64,000 bases of DNA from Solirubrobacterales bacterium (GCA_035296705.1 DATHAL010000041.1:16238-80237); one strand, 5' to 3'; positions 9,614-18,681 are shown, counted from the first letter of the stretch. A program made the numbers and translations. Notes: generated by a model not told the origin, from the letters alone.

Positions 9614-9689
9614 CCAGTATTCCGCACGCGCGCCGCTTTACACCCGAGCACGGGGTTAGCGCGCGGCGTCGCCGGGCACATGCCCGGAA

Positions 9690-10877
9690 ATGGAGCTGAC
9701 CGCCCTGAGAAGATCGACGCCGGTGCCCCCGCCGCTCGCGCTCGAGTCCCTGCTTGGGCAGTACGACCCGGATGTGATCGACCTGCTCGGCCGGCCCGCG
9801 CGGATCCGGCTCGCCGTCGGCGAGCTGGAGTGGGACGCGGTGCTGGCGAACGGTGCGGCGCGGCTGGACCGGCCGCGCGGGCAGCCGGATGCGTCGATCT
9901 CGGCGAGCGAGGAGGTGTGGCGGCGGGTGGCCCTCGACGCGCGCGCCGGGCTCGAGGAGTTCCGGCGCCGGCGCCTCCGGGTGCGGCGAAACCTCCACCT
10001 CAGCATCGGCCTCATCGCCGCGACCAGTGGCGCGCGGGAGCCCGGCCGCTTGCGCTTCGCGTCGCATGAGACACCCGTCGGCCGGCTCTCGACGATGGAG
10101 GCCGGGCATGGCGAGCCGCTCGTCTGCCTGCACGGACTGGGCGGGACGAAGGCCTCGTTTCTGACGACGATCGCCGCCCTTGCGCCCGAGCGCCGGGTGA
10201 TCGCCGTCGACCTGCCGGGCTTCGGCGACTCGGCGAAGCCGCTTGGCGGCCGCTACGACGCACCGTGGTTCGCCGACGCAGTGATCGGGCTGCTCGACCG
10301 CCTCGGCCTCGAGCGCGCCGACCTCGTCGGCAACAGCATGGGCGGGCGCGTCGCGATCGAGGCCGGGCTGTGTGCGCCTGACCGGTTCGGCGGGATCGTC
10401 CTCCTGAGCCCCGCGATGGCGTGGCTTCGCCACGACCGCACCCTCAGCCTGCTCCTCCAGCTCCCGGTCTCGCGGCTCGGGCTGATCCAGCCGGCGCCGC
10501 GCGCGATCGTGGAGCCGGTCGTGCGACGGCTGATCCCGAACGGGGACCGAGGATGGGTCGCGGCCGGGATCGACGAGTTCCTGCGCGCCTTCTGCACCGC
10601 GGGCGGGCGCTTCGCGTTCTACGAGGCCGCGCGGAACATCTACCGCGACGAGCCCCACGGCGAGCGGGGCTTCTGGTCCCGGCTCGAGCGGCTCTCGCCG
10701 CGCACCATGTTCGTCTGGGGCCGCCACGACAGGCTCGTGCCGATGGCGTTCGCCAAGCACGTCCGCCGCGCGCTGCCGGCCGCGGAGCACGTCGTGCTCG
10801 ACTGTGGCCACGTCCCACAGCTCGAGGCGGCGGCGGCGACCCATGCCGCCATCTCCGAGTTCCTCGCCGGCACCTAG
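9690..10877 (+). CDS. alpha/beta-fold hydrolase with N-terminal SCP2-like domain
   Basis: 395-aa ORF. HGLGGTKASF oxyanion region, nucleophile elbow GNSMGG, C-terminal CGHVPQLE. An N-terminal region of about 120 aa looks like an SCP2 sterol-carrier-type domain (weaker call). Confidence 0.85.
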   Translation: MELTALRRSTPVPPPLALESLLGQYDPDVIDLLGRPARIRLAVGELEWDAVLANGAARLDRPRGQPDASISASEEVWRRVALDARAGLEEFRRRRLRVRRNLHLSIGLIAATSGAREPGRLRFASHETPVGRLSTMEAGHGEPLVCLHGLGGTKASFLTTIAALAPERRVIAVDLPGFGDSAKPLGGRYDAPWFADAVIGLLDRLGLERADLVGNSMGGRVAIEAGLCAPDRFGGIVLLSPAMAWLRHDRTLSLLLQLPVSRLGLIQPAPRAIVEPVVRRLIPNGDRGWVAAGIDEFLRAFCTAGGRFAFYEAARNIYRDEPHGERGFWSRLERLSPRTMFVWGRHDRLVPMAFAKHVRRALPAAEHVVLDCGHVPQLEAAAATHAAISEFLAGT

Positions 10878-11671
10878 CGCTTCTCGGTCTGCCCCGCCGC
10901 GATCTCGTCCGCGACCCGGGCCGCGACGTCGCCCGCGACCCTGCCCGAGAGCTCCGGCGCGTTGACCGCGATCCGGGACATCAGCCGCTGGCGAAGCGGC
11001 GCCACGCTGATCTCGCCGCGGTCGCGCTCGATCGCCCGGGCGACAGCCGCGCCGACCTGCTCAGGTCTCGCCGTGCCCAGCAGCGGGTGGCCGGCGGCGC
11101 CCGAGTCCGCGAACATCCCCGCGCCGCGGATCGTCCCCGGGCTGATCACCGACACGCCCACGCCGGTCCGGCGCAGGTCATCGCGAAGACAGAGGGCGAA
11201 GCCGCGGATCCCGAACTTGGTCGCCGCGTAGAGCGAGGCGCGCGGCGTCGCCGCCCTACCGGAGATCGAGGAGAGGAAGACGAGGTGACCGTCGCCCTTC
11301 ACGGTCAGCCGCGGGACGAGCTCGCGTGCCATCCGCACCGGCGCCTCGAGGTTGACCCGAAGGGCGCGCGTGATCTCCTCCTGGCTGAAGCCGTCGAGCC
11401 GACCGGCGGCGGGCAGGCCCGCATTGGCGACGAGCGCGTCGATCTCCCCCGCCGCCTCGAGCAGCCGCAGCCCCTCGCCGTCGACGGCGAGGTCGGCCAC
11501 CACAGCGGCGTGGGTCGAGCCCGGCAGGCTCGCGGCCAGGTCCTCGAGCTCGGCGGATTTGCGCGAGCTGAGGACGAGCGTCGCCCCGCGATCCGCCAAG
11601 GCACTAGCGATCGCCCGCCCGAGTCCCCCCGTGGCCCCGGTGAGCAGGACGCTCTTGCCGGCCAGCTTCAC
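10874..11671 (-). CDS. SDR-family oxidoreductase
   Basis: 265-aa ORF. TGATGGLGRAIA Rossmann motif and YAATKFG (YxxxK) catalytic motif. Confidence 0.9.
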   Translation of the reverse strand: MKLAGKSVLLTGATGGLGRAIASALADRGATLVLSSRKSAELEDLAASLPGSTHAAVVADLAVDGEGLRLLEAAGEIDALVANAGLPAAGRLDGFSQEEITRALRVNLEAPVRMARELVPRLTVKGDGHLVFLSSISGRAATPRASLYAATKFGIRGFALCLRDDLRRTGVGVSVISPGTIRGAGMFADSGAAGHPLLGTARPEQVGAAVARAIERDRGEISVAPLRQRLMSRIAVNAPELSGRVAGDVAARVADEIAAGQTEKR

Positions 11672-11730
11672 GCTCGGGCAAGCTAGCAGCGCCTCGGTCT
11701 CCGGCCGACGGATACAGTCGCGCTCGTGAC

Positions 11731-11931
11731 GTGGGCCACTACCCCGAGCTCGAGAAGGTCCACGGCCTCGGGATCGGGCCGAGCCTCGTGCACGTGATGA
11801 CGCCCGGGCGCAAGCGGGTCGAGGAGCTGACGGGACAGCACGCCGTCCCGGTGCTCGTCACCGACTCGGGAGAGGTGATCCGGGACTCGAGGCGGATCGC
11901 CGGATGGGCGGCGGCGAACCCCGCCCGTTGA
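11731..11931 (+). CDS. glutaredoxin/GST-N-like small protein, apparently N-terminally truncated
   Basis: 66-aa ORF from GTG. The C-terminal part (RKRVEELTGQHAVPVLVTDSGEVIRDSRRIAGWAAANP) matches the thioredoxin-fold small proteins common in actinobacteria. The first 20-25 aa, including the Cys-containing segment, are missing. An in-frame TAG at 11683 blocks any extension. Confidence 0.4.
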   Translation: MGHYPELEKVHGLGIGPSLVHVMTPGRKRVEELTGQHAVPVLVTDSGEVIRDSRRIAGWAAANPAR

Positions 11932-12029
11932 CGAGCATTCCGTTAGCGCGCCTTGTGCAAATTTACACTTTTCTGTGAGCAGGTCTTTGCACTTCGGCGT
12001 CGAACTGTGTAAGCTGCCGCAACTCGATA

Positions 12030-12166
12030 ACCGGTAAAGCCGAATCCCCAGCCAATGTGCCGGGGAACGGGGGAACCAACTTTGGGGCTAACCCACCCGA
12101 TTGGGTGGGGGCGCAGGCTCTTTCAGCGCCAGCCCGTCAGCTAACCCCGTAGGCCGACGAAGGAGA
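12030..12166 (+). promoter_or_regulatory. ydaO/yuaA-type (cyclic-di-AMP) riboswitch
   Basis: AAAGCCGAAUCC...GGGGGAACCAAC...GGGGCUAACCC...CCCGUCAGCUAACCCCGUAGGC...GAAGGAGA matches remembered hallmark blocks of the B. subtilis ydaO element (CGCUUAAUC, GGGGGACCCAAU, GGGGUGAAUCC, CCCGUCAGCUAACCUCGUAAGCG, GAAGGAGA). The SD of the downstream gene directly abuts the aptamer. Confidence 0.8.
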
Positions 12167-12173
12167 CCTGCCG

Positions 12174-12758
12174 TTGACCTATGAAACGAATTCGGGGCCG
12201 AAGGGGAAGCACCGCGTCGCCCTCGGTCTCGCAGTCGCAACAGCCTCCCTGGTCCTCGTACCCGCCACGGCGCTCGGCGCCGACAGCGGCGGAATCGGGA
12301 TGGGCGGCACCGGCGACGATCCGCCGACCACCGGCCAGACCGCGCCCGGCGCGAGCGCGAAGCTCAAGGACGGCTATGCCGTCCCGCCCGCGAGCGCGCC
12401 GCGCAAGGTCGTGCGCGCGATCGAGGCCGCGAACGAGATCGTCAAGGGCAAGCCGTACTGCATGGGCGGCGGTCACGCCCGCCGGCGCGACCGCTGCTAC
12501 GACTGCTCGGGCTCGGTGAGCTATGCACTGACGGGCGCCGGGCTGCTCGACTACGCGATGCCGTCCGGCTCGTTCATGCGCTGGGAAGAGCGCGGCAAGG
12601 GTCGGTGGATCACCACCTACTCGAACGAGGGGCACATCTATGCGGTGATCGCCGGCCTGCGCCTCGACACCTCGATGACCGCCGGCGACGGTCCCGGCTG
12701 GAGCACCCAGATGCGCTCCAGCGGGGGATATGTGGCCCGCCATCCGGCCGGCTTCTAG
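12174..12758 (+). CDS. secreted NlpC/P60 (C40) family peptidoglycan hydrolase
   Basis: 194-aa ORF. TTG start 8 nt after GAAGGAG, signal peptide (ALGLAVATASLVLVPATALGA), C40-type catalytic region KPYCMGGGH...CYDCSGSVSYAL and HIYAVIAGLRLD. Confidence 0.85.
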   Translation: MTYETNSGPKGKHRVALGLAVATASLVLVPATALGADSGGIGMGGTGDDPPTTGQTAPGASAKLKDGYAVPPASAPRKVVRAIEAANEIVKGKPYCMGGGHARRRDRCYDCSGSVSYALTGAGLLDYAMPSGSFMRWEERGKGRWITTYSNEGHIYAVIAGLRLDTSMTAGDGPGWSTQMRSSGGYVARHPAGF

Positions 12759-12813
12759 CGCCTGAAGCAAGTCGAATAGCTCCTCCCTCCACGGCCCGCC
12801 ACAATGGCGGGCC

Positions 12814-13509
12814 GTGTCGTCGGAGGGCCAAGCGGACCCGCGCAGCGGGGAGTTCGAGCGGGGCCTTCGCGTCGGCATCCCGTACTCGTTCGCCGCGCTG
12901 CTGCTCGCGGTCTCCTTCGGTGTCCTCGCGCAGCCGGTGATGGGCAAGGTGGCGCCGATCGTCATGTCGATGACCGTGTTCGCCGGCTCGGCTCAGTTCG
13001 CCGCCGTCGCCGTGCTGAGCGCCGGCGGCGGCGCCGCGGCAGCGGTCGCCGCAGGGATCCTGCTCAACCTTCGCTACGTGCCGATGGGGATCGCGATTGC
13101 GCCCTCCACCCGCGGGGGACCGCTCCGACGTGCGGCGATCGGTCAGGCACTGATCGACTTCTCGTGGGCCGCTGCGAGCCGCGGCGGCGGCCGCTTCTCG
13201 GTGCCGTACATGCTCGGCGTCACCATGCCCTCGTATCCCTGCTGGGTGCTGGGCACGGCGATCGGCGTCTTCGCGGGCGAGGTGATCGCGGACCCGGGCG
13301 ACTTCGGGCTCGACGCGCTGTTCCCGGCGTTCTTCCTCTGTCTGCTGATGGAGGGGGAGCTGCGGTGGGGCCGCCCCGCGCTCGTCGCCGCGATCGGCAG
13401 CCTGATCGCGCTGGTGCTGATCCCGTTCACGCCGGCAGGCATTCCCGTGATCGCGGCCACCGGCGCGGCGCTGATCGGCCTGCTCGACGCGCGCGAGCTG
13501 GCGCAATGA
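12814..13509 (+). CDS. azlC: AzlC-family branched-chain amino acid exporter subunit
   Basis: 231-aa polytopic membrane ORF (GIPYSFAALLLAVSFGVLA, VFAGSAQFAAV, LLNLRYVPMG). Confidence 0.88.
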   Translation: MSSEGQADPRSGEFERGLRVGIPYSFAALLLAVSFGVLAQPVMGKVAPIVMSMTVFAGSAQFAAVAVLSAGGGAAAAVAAGILLNLRYVPMGIAIAPSTRGGPLRRAAIGQALIDFSWAAASRGGGRFSVPYMLGVTMPSYPCWVLGTAIGVFAGEVIADPGDFGLDALFPAFFLCLLMEGELRWGRPALVAAIGSLIALVLIPFTPAGIPVIAATGAALIGLLDARELAQ

Positions 13510-13817
13510 GCGAGGTCTGGGTCACCATCGCGGTGCTCGCGGTGGCCACCGCGGTGATCCGCGCGTCGGGGCCGCTCGCGCTCGGTGGTCGCGACATCCC
13601 CGCGCGCGCCGCGGCCGTGATCGCTTTCATCGCTCCGGCGCTCCTCGCCGCGCTCGTGGTGGTCGAGACCGTTGGGGCGCCCGAGGGCGGGGCGCTCGAG
13701 GTCGACGCGCGGGTCCTCGGGGTCGCCGCGGCGGGCGGCGCGCTCGCGGTGGGGCTCTCGACCCTGCCGGTGGTCGCGCTCGCGGCCGTCGTGACGGCGC
13801 TCGCACGGCTCGTATGA
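13506..13817 (+). CDS. azlD: AzlD-family small membrane subunit
   Basis: ATG at 13506 overlaps the azlC stop (ATGA). The 103-aa hydrophobic protein MSEVWVTIAVLAVATAVIRASGPLALGG... is embedded in the longer shadow-extended ORF 12804..13817. Confidence 0.8.
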   Translation: MSEVWVTIAVLAVATAVIRASGPLALGGRDIPARAAAVIAFIAPALLAALVVVETVGAPEGGALEVDARVLGVAAAGGALAVGLSTLPVVALAAVVTALARLV

Positions 13818-15004
13818 CGGACCGGCCAACGCACCCGGGAGAATTTGTCCAGGCTCCGGGGTGGCAGCAGTCGTACGGTTCGCATAAGGTCGTCACCCGT
13901 GCTACCGCGCCCCAGTTGTACGCAGTGGAGCAACTGAGCTCGACCGCAAGCCCGTCGTCCCCGCCCTCCGCCCCGGAGTCCGAGGCGCAGCTCGACATCC
14001 GGCTGCGCGGGGTGCGGAAGGCCTACGGCGACGTCGTCGCCGTCGACGGCATCGATCTGGACGTGCGGCGCGGCGAGTTCTTCACGATGCTCGGGCCGTC
14101 GGGCTCGGGCAAGACGACGACGCTGCGGATGATCGCCGGGTTCGAGCTCCCGGACGTTGGCACGGTCGAGCTGGCGGGGCGCGATGTGGGGACCACGCCT
14201 CCCTATGACCGCGAGGTAAACACCGTCTTTCAGGACTACGCGCTCTTCCCACACATGAGCGTCGGCGAGAACGTCGAGTACGGCATGCGGGTGAAGCGCG
14301 TCGACAAGGCCGAGCGGGCGCGGCGCCGCGACGAGGCCCTCGAGATGGTCCGGCTCGGCGGCTACGGCGACCGCAAGCCGAGCGAGCTCTCGGGCGGCCA
14401 GCGCCAGCGGGTGGCGCTCGCACGGGCGATCGTCAACAGGCCGCGGGTGCTGCTGCTCGACGAGCCGCTCGGCGCGCTCGACCTGAAGCTGCGCGAGCAG
14501 ATGCAGGTCGAGCTCAAACAGATCCAGGGCGAGGTCGGGATCACGTTCGTCTACGTCACCCACGACCAGGAGGAGGCGCTGACGATGTCCGACCGGATCG
14601 CGGTCTTCAACGAGGGCCGCGTCGAGCAGGTCGGGACTCCCGCCGAGGTCTACGAGGCGCCGACGAACCGGTTCGTCTCCGGCTTCGTCGGGATCTCGAA
14701 CGTGCTCGAGCGCGAGGGCCGGCAGTTCACCGTGCGACCGGAGAAGGTGCGCATGCTGGACCCGGGGCAGCCGACCGACGGGCTGGAGACGGAGCGCGGC
14801 CGCGTCCGCGACGTCGCCTACGCGGGGATGATCACCCGGTACCTGGTCGCACTAGACGCGGGGGGAGAGCTTCAAGTCGTCCGCCAGAACCTCGAGACGT
14901 CGTCTGCACAGGCGCTCGAGCAGGCTGGCCGGGAGGTGGTCGTCGGCTGGCGACCTGAACACACCGTCGCGGTGTCGTCCGCGGCTCAGAGAGGAGAACA
15001 GTGA
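13814..15004 (+). CDS. ABC transporter ATP-binding protein, PotA-like (polyamine-type importer 1)
   Basis: Walker A GPSGSGKTT, signature [14 protein letters not shown], Walker B LLLDEPL, C-terminal TOBE-like region. ATG 13814 overlaps the azlD stop (ATGA). An alternative in-frame GTG at 13925 would remove a low-complexity N-terminal extension of about 37 aa. Confidence 0.9.
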   Translation: MTDRPTHPGEFVQAPGWQQSYGSHKVVTRATAPQLYAVEQLSSTASPSSPPSAPESEAQLDIRLRGVRKAYGDVVAVDGIDLDVRRGEFFTMLGPSGSGKTTTLRMIAGFELPDVGTVELAGRDVGTTPPYDREVNTVFQDYALFPHMSVGENVEYGMRVKRVDKAERARRRDEALEMVRLGGYGDRKPSELSGGQRQRVALARAIVNRPRVLLLDEPLGALDLKLREQMQVELKQIQGEVGITFVYVTHDQEEALTMSDRIAVFNEGRVEQVGTPAEVYEAPTNRFVSGFVGISNVLEREGRQFTVRPEKVRMLDPGQPTDGLETERGRVRDVAYAGMITRYLVALDAGGELQVVRQNLETSSAQALEQAGREVVVGWRPEHTVAVSSAAQRGEQ

Positions 15005-16227
15005 TGCGAAACAAGCGAGGCGACCCGGCAAGGGTTGTCTGGCTCGTGCTCGGGGGGTTGGTGGCGTTCATGCTCGCCTTCGCCGCGGGCTGCGGGTCGG
15101 ACGACGACTCGGACTCCGACGGCGCCGAGGCCCAGACCGAGCTCGGCAAGGGTGAGGGCGAGGTCAACCTGATCGCCTGGGCCGGTTACGTCGAGGACGG
15201 CTCCACCGATCCCAAGGTCGACTGGGTCAGCGATTTCGAGCAGCAGACCGGATGTCAGGTCAACGTCAAGGTCGCCGGCACGTCCGACGAGATGGTCGAC
15301 CTGATGCGGACCGGTCAGTACGACGGCGTCTCTGCCTCGGGCAACGCCTCGCTGCGGCTCGTCGACGGCGGCGACGTCGCACCCATCAACGTCGACCTCG
15401 TCCCCAACTACGCGACGGTGTTCGAGGACCTCAAGAACCAGCCGTACAACACGGTCGACGGCACGAACTACGGAATCCCGCACGCGCGCGGAGCCAACGT
15501 GCTGATGTGGAACACCCAGGAGGCCGCCGACATCGACGGGTCCACCTGGGCACCGCTCCTCGACCCGAACGAGGCGTCGAAGTACGCGGGCAAGATCAGC
15601 GTCTACGACGACCCGATCTACATCGCGGACGCGGCCGTCTATCTCAAGGCCCATCAGCCGGATCTCGGGATCGACAACCCGTACGAGCTCGACGAGGACC
15701 AGTTCAACGCCGCGGTCGACCTGCTCAAGCAGCAGAAGCCGAACGTCGGCGAGTACTGGTCGGACGCGCTCAAGCAGATCTCGGCGTTCGAAAACGGCGA
15801 TGACGTCGTCGCGACCACGTGGCAGTACCAGTACTTCGCGCTCAAGGGCGAGGGCGAGTCGGTGGCGACGAGCGCGGGCGGCACGGGCTTCCTCCCCCAG
15901 GAGGGCGCGACCGGATGGTCCGACACGTGGATGATGAGTTCGGAGGCTGCGCACCCGAACTGCATGTACATGTGGATGGACCACATCATCGACCCGAAGG
16001 TGAACGCCCAGGTCTCGGAGTGGTTCGGCGAGGCGCCCGCCCAGAGCAAGTCGTGTGACTTCACCGCGGATAAGAACTTCTGCGCGAAGTATCACGCCGA
16101 CGATCCGGAGTTCTGGAGCCGCGTCTACTACTGGATCACCCCGGTCGCCGACTGCGGTGATGACCGCGGCTCGGAATGCATGGACTACAACGACTGGGTC
16201 TCCGCCTGGACGGAGATCAAGGGCTGA
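15001..16227 (+). CDS. ABC transporter substrate-binding lipoprotein (PotD/PotF-type family)
   Basis: 408-aa ORF. Signal peptide with lipobox LAFAAGC. Periplasmic-binding-protein-like sequence. Start overlaps the upstream stop. Confidence 0.88.
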   Translation: MMRNKRGDPARVVWLVLGGLVAFMLAFAAGCGSDDDSDSDGAEAQTELGKGEGEVNLIAWAGYVEDGSTDPKVDWVSDFEQQTGCQVNVKVAGTSDEMVDLMRTGQYDGVSASGNASLRLVDGGDVAPINVDLVPNYATVFEDLKNQPYNTVDGTNYGIPHARGANVLMWNTQEAADIDGSTWAPLLDPNEASKYAGKISVYDDPIYIADAAVYLKAHQPDLGIDNPYELDEDQFNAAVDLLKQQKPNVGEYWSDALKQISAFENGDDVVATTWQYQYFALKGEGESVATSAGGTGFLPQEGATGWSDTWMMSSEAAHPNCMYMWMDHIIDPKVNAQVSEWFGEAPAQSKSCDFTADKNFCAKYHADDPEFWSRVYYWITPVADCGDDRGSECMDYNDWVSAWTEIKG

Positions 16228-16237
16228 GTACGAGGCC

Positions 16238-17137
16238 GTGGAAGCTGCTGACCTAGCCGGGTCAGCGCCGCGGAGGTCGGTGGGCCGCAGGCTCGCCGAC
16301 CTCTTCCACGGCCGCCCGCGGCTCCAGATCGGCAGCCTGCTGGCCGGCCCGATCGGCTGGCTGGTGATCGGGTACATCGGCTCGCTGGCGGTACTGCTGG
16401 TCGCCTCGTTCTGGAGCGTCGACGCCCTCAGCGGCGAGACCACGCGCAGCTTCTCGCTCGACAACTTCAAGGAGCTCGGCGAGCAGCCCGTCTACCGCGA
16501 CGTGGCCGGCCGGACGATCGGCATCGCCGCGGCGGCGACGATCACCGACATCCTGCTCGCGGTGCCGATCGCCTTCTACATGGCGAAGGTCGCGAGCCCG
16601 CGCGCCAAGGGCCTGCTCGTCGTCGCGGTGCTGATGCCGCTCTGGTCCTTCTACCTCGTCAAGGTCTACGCGTGGCGGACGATGCTGTCCTCCGGCGGGA
16701 TCGTCAACTGGGCGCTCGACCCGCTCGGGATCTCCGGGCCCGGCTACGGGACGACCGCGGTGTGGCTGGTCGAGAGCTATCTCTGGCTGCCCTACATGAT
16801 CATCCCGATCTATGCCGGGCTCGAGCGGATCCCGAACTCGCTCTTCAACGCGTCCGACGACCTCGGGGCGCGACCGGGGACGACGTTTCGCCGGATCGTC
16901 CTGCCGCTCGCCTTCCCGGCCGTGGTCGCCGGCTCGATCTTCACCTTCTCGCTCACGCTCGGCGACTACATCACTCCGTCGCTGGTCTCCCCGGACACGC
17001 AGTTCATCGGCAACGTCGTCAAGGCCAACATCACCAACAACCTGCCGCTCGCCTCGGCGTTCGCGATGGTGCCGATCGTGGTCATGGTCATCTACCTCCT
17101 GATCGCCCGACGGCTGGGCGCGTTCCAGCATCTATGA
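16238..17137 (+). CDS. ABC transporter permease (PotB-like)
   Basis: In-frame GTG at 16238 just after the SBP stop. The ORF-track start at 16055 overlaps the SBP gene. Six-TM permease with EAA-type loop (LERIPNSLFNASDDLGARPGTTFRRIVLPL). Confidence 0.88.
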   Translation: MEAADLAGSAPRRSVGRRLADLFHGRPRLQIGSLLAGPIGWLVIGYIGSLAVLLVASFWSVDALSGETTRSFSLDNFKELGEQPVYRDVAGRTIGIAAAATITDILLAVPIAFYMAKVASPRAKGLLVVAVLMPLWSFYLVKVYAWRTMLSSGGIVNWALDPLGISGPGYGTTAVWLVESYLWLPYMIIPIYAGLERIPNSLFNASDDLGARPGTTFRRIVLPLAFPAVVAGSIFTFSLTLGDYITPSLVSPDTQFIGNVVKANITNNLPLASAFAMVPIVVMVIYLLIARRLGAFQHL

Positions 17138-17994
17138 GGCTCTCGCGCGGAACACGAATCGCCCTGCGGGTCGGCGTCGCGATCACGCTCGCGTTCGTCT
17201 ACCTGCCGCTGCTCGTGGTCGCGATCTACGCCTTCAACGGCGGCCCGGCCCTCGGCTGGCCGCCCGAGGACCTGACGACGCACTGGTTCGGGGTCGCGAT
17301 CCGCAACGACGGCGCCCGTGACGCCTTCGTCACCTCGCTCGAGGTCGGTGCGGTGGCCACCGGGATCGCGCTCCTGCTCGGAACGCTGGCCGCGTTCGCC
17401 GTCAGCCGCTACCGCTTCTTCGGCCGCGAGACGATCTCGTTCCTGGTCATCCTGCCGATCGCGCTGCCGGGCATCGTCACCGGGATCGCGCTCAGCGACA
17501 CGTTCCGCGAGGTGCTCGGGATCAACCTCGGCTTCTTCACCGTCGTCGTCGGCCACGCGACCTTCTGCATCGTGCTCGTCTACAACAACGTGGTCGCCCG
17601 GCTGCGCCGCGTCTCCGGGAACTTCGAGGAGGCCTCGGCGGACCTCGGCGCCCACACCTGGCAGACGTTCCGCCACATCACGCTGCCGAACATGCAAACG
17701 GCGCTCGTCGCGGGCGCCCTGCTCGCCTTCGCGCTCTCCTTTGACGAGATCATCGTGACGACCTTCACGCTCGGCGCCGGCTCCGAGACGCTGCCGATCT
17801 GGATCTTCTCGAACCTCTTTCGCCCGAACCAGGTGCCGATCGTGAACGTGGTCGCCGTGCTGGTCGTGCTGATCTCGATCATCCCGGTCTACCTCGCGCA
17901 CCGGCTCACGCGCGAGGAGGGCGCCGCGGCTGCACCGGCGGGCGGCGGCGCCGGCGCGGCCGGCGTGGTCGCCGAGACGGCCGCCGCGCCCTAG
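17134..17994 (+). CDS. ABC transporter permease (PotC-like)
   Basis: ATG 17134 overlaps the upstream stop (ATGA). MRLSRGTRIALRVGVAITLAFVYLPLLVVAIYAFN..., EAA loop NFEEASADLGAHTWQTFRHITLP. Confidence 0.88.
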   Translation: MRLSRGTRIALRVGVAITLAFVYLPLLVVAIYAFNGGPALGWPPEDLTTHWFGVAIRNDGARDAFVTSLEVGAVATGIALLLGTLAAFAVSRYRFFGRETISFLVILPIALPGIVTGIALSDTFREVLGINLGFFTVVVGHATFCIVLVYNNVVARLRRVSGNFEEASADLGAHTWQTFRHITLPNMQTALVAGALLAFALSFDEIIVTTFTLGAGSETLPIWIFSNLFRPNQVPIVNVVAVLVVLISIIPVYLAHRLTREEGAAAAPAGGGAGAAGVVAETAAAP

Positions 17995-18066
17995 CTCCGG
18001 ACGCCGGAAGGCGCGGCGACCGTGCGGTGCGATCGCCCGTGTGGTGTTAGCGCCGCTTGGGCGCCG

Positions 18067-18681
18067 TTATACGCGGGACGGCGACAGCAGCTCCACGCCG
18101 ACCGCGGCGCTGGCCGCGGCGAGCAGGATGCGCTCGGCGCGCTGTGCGTCGATCCCGGGATGGCCGAGAACGACCTGCAGCCCGAGGCCGTCCTCGAGCG
18201 CGACGAGGGCCCGGGCGATCGTCACGGGATCGGAGGAGAGCTCGAAGGCCCCGGACTCGGCTCCGCGCTCGATCACGCGCTCATAGAGCATCGTCTGCCG
18301 GTCGAAGAAGCTCACCGACAGCGTCGCGAACAGCCGGCTGGCCCCCGTCATCGCATCGAGCTCATAAAGCAGCCGGCTCTGTTCGTCGTCGGGCCCCGCC
18401 GGCACACCGAGCCGGACCGCCTCCCGAAGCTGCTCGACCGGGTCGCCGATGCCGCGGATCGCGTCCGCCCGGCGCTCGGCGTAGCGGCTCATCGCGTCGG
18501 TCGCGACCTCGAGCAGGAGCTCCTCGAAGTCCGGGTAGTAGTAGAGGGCGGCGCTCGACGAGAGGCCCGCCCGCTCGGCGACATCCTTCACGCGGAGACC
18601 GAGCGCCCCGCGCTCCAGGAGCACGTCGCGGGCTGCGGCGACGAGCTGCGCTCGCCTGCGCGCCTGGTCCTTTCGCCTCAT
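18067..18681 (-). CDS. TetR-family transcriptional regulator
   Basis: HTH region RRAQLVAAARDVLLERGALGLRVKDVAERAGLSSSALYYY. The internal ATG at 18681 (MRRKDQ...) gives a typical TetR N-terminus. The ORF-track start at 18726 would overlap the divergent promoter. Confidence 0.88.
   Translation of the reverse strand: MRRKDQARRRAQLVAAARDVLLERGALGLRVKDVAERAGLSSSAALYYYPDFEELLLEVATDAMSRYAERRADAIRGIGDPVEQLREAVRLGVPAGPDDEQSRLLYELDAMTGASRLFATLSVSFFDRQTMLYERVIERGAESGAFELSSDPVTIARALVALEDGLGLQVVLGHPGIDAQRAERILLAAASAAVGVELLSPSRV

Noticed and set aside
8012-10069. Long ORFs antisense to or out of frame with strong genes (for example 8012..10069+, 1393..2376-, 2389..3684-, 3715..5013-, 20640..23126+, 36896..38194-, 40082..41809-, 45877..47838+, 49065..51992+).
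   Set aside because: Their translations are Arg/Pro/Gly/Asp-rich low-complexity strings, typical of wrong-frame reading of about 70% GC coding DNA. Each fully overlaps a gene with unmistakable family motifs on the other strand or frame.
11955-11992. Inverted repeat GTGCAAA...TTTGCAC and -35/-10-like hexamers upstream of the riboswitch as a defined promoter or operator.
   Set aside because: I could not place a convincing -10 at the proper spacing. The AT-rich stretch probably contains the promoter, but its elements cannot be pinned down by eye.
13506-13817. The many ATGA/GTGA 4-nt overlaps (azlC/azlD, azlD/potA-like, SBP/amidase, PucR/ald, aldH/esterase, RR/HK, HK/PepSY, pstC/pstA) as programmed frameshift or recoding sites.
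   Set aside because: Each pair consists of two complete, independently recognisable proteins. This is standard translational coupling in GC-rich genomes.
13871-13922. GTTGTACG / TCGTACGG motifs upstream of importer 1 as firm operator sites.
   Set aside because: If the ATG at 13814 (ATGA-coupled to azlD) is the true start, these lie inside coding sequence. They are mentioned only as weak support for the 35481-35689 motif.
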